Source: Aquaticitalea sp. (GTDB taxonomy: Bacteria; Bacteroidota; Bacteroidia; Flavobacteriales; Flavobacteriaceae). From it: a stretch of DNA of 64,000 nt. This document shows, one piece after another, positions 57,832 through 64,000 of this stretch (position 1 is the stretch's first letter; each line of letters begins with the position of its first letter). The notes under the pieces were generated by a model. The model was not told the DNA's origin, ran no database searches, and worked only from the letters and a program-made list of their open reading frames with translations. Where the stretch lies: NCBI GenBank assembly GCA_051252455.1, contig JBPOFM010000001.1, positions 374,145 through 438,144 of the forward strand, in the 5' to 3' direction. Position numbers and translations under genes: made by a program.

Positions 57832-58714
57832 AACTGGAGCCATCATCGCTGTTTTGATGGTGCAACTACTTTATGGGTTAAACTATACCTTTGCTAAAGA
57901 TGTCATGGCTGGTGGTTATCTCACACCTTATGGTTTCATTTTATTGCGTGTTGGTGGAGCTGCACTGCTATTTTGGCTTTTCAGCTGGATGGGACCCAAG
58001 GAAGAAATTGATAAACGGGACTACATAAAATTCTTTATCGCAGCCATTTTTGGTGTGGTTGTCAACATGCTATTGTTTTTTAAAGGACTGGAATTTACGA
58101 CACCCATACATGCGTCGGTTATTGTCACATTAACGCCGGTTTTAGTTCTTATTTTGTCAGCGATTTTTTTAAAGGAGAAAGTAAGTTTTTTAAAGGTTTT
58201 AGGTGTTGCTTTCGGACTAGCGGGAGCCGTCGTTTTAACCGTTTATGGTAAATCGACCCGTCCAGCGGATAATGTGCTTCTGGGAAACACCTTCGTTTTC
58301 ATGAATATGGTATCGTATAGTATTTACATCATTCTTATCAAAAAATTAACTACTAAATATCATCCATTTACATTTATCAAGTGGTTGTTTCTTTTTGGAT
58401 TTTTTATGGTACTTCCATTCGGCTATTCAGATGTAATGGCCACTGAATTTAGTACGTTTTCGCCTTTCATAATCTTCTCTGTGCTCTTTGTGGTTATAGG
58501 TGCAACATTCGGAACCTATCTTTTAAATCCGTTGGCATTAAGACATTTGAAGGCGACCACAGTCACTATATTCATCTATGTACAACCAGTGATTGCGGGA
58601 ATATTTGCCATCCTAATGGGTAGCGACACTTTAGGCATTGTCAAAATTATTGCGTCAGCATTGATATTCACAGGGGTATATCTTGTGACCATGCGTCCTA
58701 GAGTCTCAGACTAA
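57821..58714 (+). CDS. EamA-family (DMT superfamily) transporter
   Basis: 10 predicted TM helices in two EamA repeats. 297 aa. Confidence 0.8.
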   Translation: MKVRTGAIIAVLMVQLLYGLNYTFAKDVMAGGYLTPYGFILLRVGGAALLFWLFSWMGPKEEIDKRDYIKFFIAAIFGVVVNMLLFFKGLEFTTPIHASVIVTLTPVLVLILSAIFLKEKVSFLKVLGVAFGLAGAVVLTVYGKSTRPADNVLLGNTFVFMNMVSYSIYIILIKKLTTKYHPFTFIKWLFLFGFFMVLPFGYSDVMATEFSTFSPFIIFSVLFVVIGATFGTYLLNPLALRHLKATTVTIFIYVQPVIAGIFAILMGSDTLGIVKIIASALIFTGVYLVTMRPRVSD

Positions 58715-59182
58715 ATCCTTTGGCATCACGGCATTTTTGCGTGTATCTTCTTTGGTAAGCACTTTAAAGTTTGATGTTTTTGGAAATGATTCCATTTCGT
58801 TTAAAAATTCTTTAGGTAAAGCAGTAAGTTTTCGAGTTTTCAAATTAATCCAAGCACCAAGAAGGTCGCAATGTGCCAAGTTTTTCCCATTATTATCGTA
58901 AATATTATGAACGATTTTAAAAAACATCCCGTCCTGGCTCAAACCAGAAATTTCAAGACTGACCGTAATTGGTGTGCCTAGAAAAGCTTCCTTGAAATAA
59001 TAGATATGTTCGTGAAAAATTACTGGACTAATATCAAATTTTGCCAAATTATTCAATGAAAAACCATGGTCTTCAAAAAAAGAGACTCGTGTATGGCTCA
59101 TAAAATTGACATAAGCAGAATTTGCCAAATGTCTGTTTGCATCAACGTCGCTCCAGCGGATTTCGAATTGTTTTTTATACAT
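58706..59182 (-). CDS. Acyl-CoA thioesterase (4HBT/YbgC-like hotdog fold)
   Basis: '…FEIRWSDVDANRHLANSAYVNF…' is typical of YbgC/4HBT thioesterases. 158 aa. Confidence 0.75.
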   Translation of the reverse strand: MYKKQFEIRWSDVDANRHLANSAYVNFMSHTRVSFFEDHGFSLNNLAKFDISPVIFHEHIYYFKEAFLGTPITVSLEISGLSQDGMFFKIVHNIYDNNGKNLAHCDLLGAWINLKTRKLTALPKEFLNEMESFPKTSNFKVLTKEDTRKNAVMPKDLV

Positions 59183-59308
59183 GTAGATTGATTTAAGAAA
59201 TCAAATTTAAGTAATTTTGTTATGCATGCATAATATTTGTAATCAAATTAACACTCGTTTAAGCTTATCATTTTCATTACCTTTGTTCAACTTTTTTAAA
59301 ATAAGTCC

Positions 59309-60166
59309 ATGATACAATCCATGACAGGATACGGAAAATCTGTGATACAGCTTCCGACCAAAAAAATATCAATTGAAGTCAAATCGCTTAATAGTAAAAG
59401 TCTTGATTTGAATGCTAGAATGCCATCTCTTTACAGAGAAAAGGAACTTGAAGTGCGAAAATTGATTGCTTCAAAATTAGAGCGTGGTAAAGTTGATTTT
59501 TCATTGTATATGGAAATCACTGGCGAGGAAACCTCAACACAAATCAATAAAACCGTTGTTAAACAATACATCAAACAATTGAAAGAGGTGGTTGATGGCG
59601 ATGACATTGAACTGTTGAAAATGGCCATTCGCATGCCAGACGCCGTTACGACCGAACGCGATGAGATTGATGAAGATGAATGGAGCGAAATTGCGGCAGA
59701 AATCGGTTCGGCGTTGGAAAAAATCCATCAATATAGACTTGATGAAGGCAAAAGTCTCGAGTCCGAATTCTTTGATCGTGTGCAAAATATTTCCGATTTA
59801 TTGGATCAAGTCATTACGATGGACCCAGAACGCATCGAAGGCGTCAGAGAACGTTTGCACAAAGGCGTTGCCGAACTAAAGGAAAAAGTTGATGAAAACA
59901 GATTCGAACAGGAATTGGTTTTCTACATCGAAAAATTTGACATCACAGAAGAAAAAGTACGCTTAAAAAATCACTTGGATTATTTCTTAAAAGCGCTGAA
60001 ATCTGATGACTCCAACGGAAAAAAACTTGCATTTATCGGTCAGGAAATGGGTCGTGAAATCAACACCATCGGTTCAAAAAGCAATTATGCGCCTATGCAG
60101 AAATTAGTTGTGCAGATGAAAGATGAATTGGAGAAAATTAAGGAACAATTATTGAATGTTCTTTGA
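59309..60166 (+). CDS. yicC: YicC/YloC-family endoribonuclease
   Basis: N-terminal 'MIQSMTGYGKS' and the C-terminal '…GKKLAFIGQEMGREINTIGSKSN…' block are diagnostic of YicC. Confidence 0.85.
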   Translation: MIQSMTGYGKSVIQLPTKKISIEVKSLNSKSLDLNARMPSLYREKELEVRKLIASKLERGKVDFSLYMEITGEETSTQINKTVVKQYIKQLKEVVDGDDIELLKMAIRMPDAVTTERDEIDEDEWSEIAAEIGSALEKIHQYRLDEGKSLESEFFDRVQNISDLLDQVITMDPERIEGVRERLHKGVAELKEKVDENRFEQELVFYIEKFDITEEKVRLKNHLDYFLKALKSDDSNGKKLAFIGQEMGREINTIGSKSNYAPMQKLVVQMKDELEKIKEQLLNVL

Positions 60167-60222
60167 TAGACAAAAGATTAGAGAGAAGAGAATAGAGAGA
60201 AATTAGAAACCGAACAATATTC

Positions 60223-60822
60223 GTGACAAAAATAACAGAATTAGACAACAAAGGTAAATTAATAGTGTTTTCAGCACCATCTGGAGCTGGTAAAACCACA
60301 ATTGTAAGGCATTTACTAAAGCAAGAAGAACTCAACCTGGAATTTTCCATTTCCGCCACTTCACGTGCTAGACGGGAGAACGAAACGGATGGCAAGGATT
60401 ACTACTTTTTAGATGCGCAAGCGTTTAAAAATAGAATAAAGAATGATGAGTTTTTGGAATGGGAAGAAGTCTATCGCGATAATTTTTACGGTACCTTAAA
60501 GACAGAAGTCAAACGTATTTGGGCCAATGGAAAAAACGTAATTTTTGATATTGACGTTTCTGGTGGTTTGCGTATCAAACGTAAATTTCCGGACCAAACC
60601 ATCGCGATTTTCGTAAAACCTCCAAGTATCGATGAACTTAAAATTCGTTTAAAAAAGCGTGAAACCGAAACTGCCGACAAAATTAATATGCGTATTGCTA
60701 AAGCATCGGCTGAATTGGCGACTGCGCCTTTATTTGATGTCGTAGTGGTAAACGATACTTTAGAACATGCTTTGGAAGAGTCCTACAAGTTGGTCTCTAA
60801 TTTTTTAGAGGAAAAAGAATGA
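60223..60822 (+). CDS. gmk: Guanylate kinase
   Basis: P-loop 'SAPSGAGKTT' and the GMP-binding region (…SATSRARRENETDGKDYYF…). Confidence 0.9.
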   Translation: MTKITELDNKGKLIVFSAPSGAGKTTIVRHLLKQEELNLEFSISATSRARRENETDGKDYYFLDAQAFKNRIKNDEFLEWEEVYRDNFYGTLKTEVKRIWANGKNVIFDIDVSGGLRIKRKFPDQTIAIFVKPPSIDELKIRLKKRETETADKINMRIAKASAELATAPLFDVVVVNDTLEHALEESYKLVSNFLEEKE

Positions 60823-61397
60823 AAATCGGTTTGTATTTTGGCACATTTAACCCGATTCACATTGGGCATTTGACCATTGCCAACCACATGGCAGAATACA
60901 GCGATTTAGACCAAATTTGGTTTGTGGTCACACCGCAAAGTCCGTTCAAAGTGAAAGCTTCGATGCTGGACAATCAACAACGCTTGGAAATGGTGTATCG
61001 CGCGACAAAAGAGTATCCCAAATTACGGCCAAGTGATATTGAGTTTAGTTTACCACAACCCAATTACACCATCAACACTCTGATTTATCTCCAAGAAAAA
61101 TTTTCAGAACATACGTTCTCATTGATTATGGGTGAAGACAATCTGAAAAGTTTCCATAAATGGAAAAATTACGAATTGATTTTGGAAGGACACGATATTT
61201 ATGTCTATCCAAGACTATCCGAAGGGAAAATCGAAACGCAATTTGATGAGCATCCAAAAATTCATCATGTGGCAGCTCCAATTATGGAATTGTCTTCCAC
61301 CTTCATTCGAAATTCCATCAAAAATGGGAAAAATGTACGACCAATGTTGCCAGAACATGTTTGGGAGTATTTGGATGAGATGAATTTTTATAAGTAA
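60819..61397 (+). CDS. nadD: Nicotinate-nucleotide adenylyltransferase
   Basis: 'GLYFGTFNPIHIGHL' (H/T-x-G-H motif) and 'SST.IR' near the C-terminus. There is a 4-nt ATGA overlap with gmk. Confidence 0.9.
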   Translation: MKIGLYFGTFNPIHIGHLTIANHMAEYSDLDQIWFVVTPQSPFKVKASMLDNQQRLEMVYRATKEYPKLRPSDIEFSLPQPNYTINTLIYLQEKFSEHTFSLIMGEDNLKSFHKWKNYELILEGHDIYVYPRLSEGKIETQFDEHPKIHHVAAPIMELSSTFIRNSIKNGKNVRPMLPEHVWEYLDEMNFYK

Positions 61398-61436
61398 AAA
61401 TCTGATTCAATTAATGAGATCCCCGCTTTCGTGGAA

Positions 61437-61796
61437 TTAGAAATGATAAAACGCATTTTCATAATGCGTCAACTGCTCCATTTTTTTGTTCTTTAAAACT
61501 GCGATTATATCAAAACGGGTTTCCTGTGAAATATCATTTTCAATCACAAAGGCATCCATCGCTTTGACCAACAATTTGATTTTAGAAGGTTTAACGAACT
61601 CTTGAGGGTCGCCAAAAAAGTCTGAATTTCTGGTCTTAACCTCGACGCAGATAATCATGTTTTCAAATTTGGCGATGATATCGACTTCGGCTTTTTGATA
61701 GATAAAGTTCCTAGCTAAAATCTCATAGCCTTTTGCGAGCAAATAATCTGCTGAAAGTTGTTCGCCTATTTTACCAAGTTCGTTGTGGTCTGCCAT
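61437..61796 (-). CDS. yraN: YraN-family (UPF0102) endonuclease-like protein
   Basis: '…GKIGEQLSADYLLAKGYEILARNF…EVDIIA…ICVEVKTR…' is the classic YraN pattern. Start chosen at MADHNELGK. Confidence 0.8.
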   Translation of the reverse strand: MADHNELGKIGEQLSADYLLAKGYEILARNFIYQKAEVDIIAKFENMIICVEVKTRNSDFFGDPQEFVKPSKIKLLVKAMDAFVIENDISQETRFDIIAVLKNKKMEQLTHYENAFYHF

Positions 61797-61854
61797 ATTT
61801 TTAGTCTTCAGTTTGCAATCTTCAGTAGGCAATCACTTGGAATTTGGCAATCAA

Positions 61855-62886
61855 TTATTGGAATTTCACTTCGGTTTTATCCTTCGTCACCTTCAAATCT
61901 ACAGTTCTTCCCAAAATCATCGCGCGATTATCACGTTCATGACCTGCTGGCATATTGAAGGCTATTGGAAAATCATATTCCGAAAGCGCATCCACAATTA
62001 ATTGCTGAACAGGTTTTCCCCAAGCAGTTGTGTTCTTTCGTACCTTGGAAATATCTCCAACAATCACACCTTTGCAATTGTCAAAATAGCCTGCACGTTT
62101 CAAACTTTGCAACATTCGGTCGATATGGTATTCATATTCGCCTATTTCCTCGATGAATAGAATTTTCCCCGAGACATCGATACTTGTTTTCGAACCCAGC
62201 ATCGTGTGTAAAACCGTCAAATTTCCTCCCACCAAAGGAGCCGTAACATTTCCAACTTTATTATAGTCTGAACCTTCCAATGTGTAAGACAATGGTTTTC
62301 CGAAAATTGCATCTTTAAAAGAGGCAATTGTTTCATCCAAACCAATATTCTCTTCACTCAAACTCACGCACATCATCGCATGAATCGATTGAAAACCTTC
62401 ATTATGGACTTGATTATGCAACGCTGTGATATCACTATAACCGATAATCCATTTTGGATTTTTCTTGAATTTTGTATAATCCAATTTATCTAAAATCCGA
62501 ACGGTTCCATAACCACCTCTAGCTGACCAAATCGCACTGATTTTAGGGTCGTCCATCGCTTTTTGAAAATCCTCACAACGTTCATCATCGGTTCCTGCGA
62601 AGTGATTGCCTTTACTGAAAACATGTTTCCCGATGACATAATTCAATCCCCAACTTCTTAACAGTTCTTTCGCCAATTCGATTTCGTCAGTACGGTCTTT
62701 TAAAATCCCTGAAGGCGCGACAATTGCGACCGTATCGCCAACTTTTAGATATGGTGGTTGTATCAATGTATTTTCTGATTTTTTTCTTGACTCATTTTGT
62801 GCTGAACTATTTTCAATCCCAAAGAAAAAAACCAAGCAACAAGCCGTAATAATTAATGTAAGTTTTGACATACCGTAAATGTACAT
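61855..62886 (-). CDS. LD-carboxypeptidase (peptidase S66, LdcA-like) with signal peptide
   Basis: '…VAIVAPSG…' nucleophile block and the '…SARGGYG…' motif of S66. An alternative start lies at the second Met (62871). Confidence 0.8.
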   Translation of the reverse strand: MYIYGMSKLTLIITACCLVFFFGIENSSAQNESRKKSENTLIQPPYLKVGDTVAIVAPSGILKDRTDEIELAKELLRSWGLNYVIGKHVFSKGNHFAGTDDERCEDFQKAMDDPKISAIWSARGGYGTVRILDKLDYTKFKKNPKWIIGYSDITALHNQVHNEGFQSIHAMMCVSLSEENIGLDETIASFKDAIFGKPLSYTLEGSDYNKVGNVTAPLVGGNLTVLHTMLGSKTSIDVSGKILFIEEIGEYEYHIDRMLQSLKRAGYFDNCKGVIVGDISKVRKNTTAWGKPVQQLIVDALSEYDFPIAFNMPAGHERDNRAMILGRTVDLKVTKDKTEVKFQ

Positions 62887-62946
62887 TTTTTTTCTAAATC
62901 CCTTTCAGAATGCGTACTTTTGTGACTTCAAAAACGATACCAAAAA

Positions 62947-64000
62947 AATGTCAAAACGATATACAATTACCGCAGCTTTACCATACACCAACGGACCGAT
63001 TCACATTGGGCATTTGGCTGGTGTATATGTGCCAGCGGATATTTATGCACGATACATGCGCTTAACCGGCAATGATGTAGCTTTTATCTGCGGAAGCGAT
63101 GAACACGGTGTTCCCATTACGATTAAAGCAAAAAAAGAAGGTGTGTCGCCTCAAGATATCGTTGATAAATACCACGCCATCATCAAAAAATCGTTTGAGG
63201 ATTTTGGAATTACGTTTGATAATTATTCGAGAACGTCTGCAAAAATTCATCACGAAACAGCACAGGAATTCTTTAAAACCCTTTATAACAAAGGGGAGTT
63301 TATTGAAGAAGTGACCGAACAATTGTATGATGAAGAAGCTGACCAATTTCTAGCCGACCGTTTTGTCACAGGAACCTGTCCCAAATGTGGCAATGAAGAA
63401 GCGTATGGCGACCAATGTGAAAAATGTGGCAGCAGTTTAAATGCGACTGATTTAATAAATCCAAAATCTGCCATTACTGGAAATATTCCGACCTTAAAGC
63501 AGACCAAACATTGGTTTTTGCCTTTGGACAAACACGAAGCCTTTTTGAAAGAATGGATTCTAGAAGGTCATAAAAAAGATTGGAAACCGAACGTTTATGG
63601 ACAAGTAAAATCTTGGATTGATGACGGTTTAAGACCTAGAGCGGTCACTAGAGATTTAGATTGGGGAATTCCAGTTCCTGTTGCAGGTGCGGAAGGAAAA
63701 GTGTTGTATGTATGGTTTGATGCTCCAATTGGCTACATTTCTTCAACTAAAGAATGGGCAGAACGCGAAGGAAAAGATTGGGAACCTTATTGGAAAGATG
63801 AAAACACTAAATTGGTTCATTTTATAGGGAAAGATAATATCGTATTTCACTGCATCATTTTTCCTGCAATGTTAAAAGCGGAAGGCTCTTATACTCTACC
63901 TGACAATGTTCCTGCCAACGAATTTTTAAATTTGGAAGGCAACAAACTTTCTACATCAAAAAATTGGGCGGTTTGGTTACCAGATTATTTGGAGGATTTC
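62947..64000 (+). CDS. metG: Methionine--tRNA ligase, N-terminal part (continues past window end)
   Basis: Starts [27 protein letters not shown] (HIGH motif). Zinc-knuckle CPKCG…CEKCG present. No stop codon before nt 64000. Confidence 0.9.

Overview
This window reads as a chromosomal segment from a Flavobacteriia-class Bacteroidetes genome. It is AT-rich, shows no Shine-Dalgarno use, has candidate TAnnTTTG -7 promoter boxes, has several proteins with type-IX-secretion (T9SS) C-terminal sorting domains, and has TonB-dependent receptors with carboxypeptidase-regulatory-like N-domains. It is densely coded (about 60 CDSs) and mostly housekeeping: ileS, lspA, radA, panC, glmS, atpD, atpC, gdhA, recO, recX, gmk, nadD, a partial metG and a partial rimK. 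I found no rRNA, tRNA, CRISPR array, transposase or integrase. The accessory or unusual content, in order of interest: (1) a tandem pair of giant (~1,450-1,490 aa) T9SS-cargo surface proteins at 36.1-45.1 kb that share a ~600-aa C-terminal module but carry different N-terminal modules (InlB-B-repeat, IPT/TIG and lamin-tail domains in one; a novel duplicated ~125-aa domain plus a lamin-tail domain in the other), followed by a small Cys-rich lipoprotein; (2) a tightly packed, codirectional PorZ-like beta-propeller T9SS protein - recO - TonB-dependent receptor trio, convergent with that pair; (3) an AT-rich islet of lineage-specific small membrane proteins and lipoproteins with a 7TM-anchored AraC regulator; (4) an HTH-XRE/DUF2975 pair divergent from a membrane protein - NfeD - flotillin - 64-aa TM protein operon with overlapping stop/start codons; (5) a 24-bp near-perfect inverted repeat built from GATGTGA heptads inside the atpD-atpC spacer; (6) an 11-bp x5-6 tandem repeat in the recX-side intergenic gap. 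All calls come from reading the translations and DNA by eye. No database search was run.
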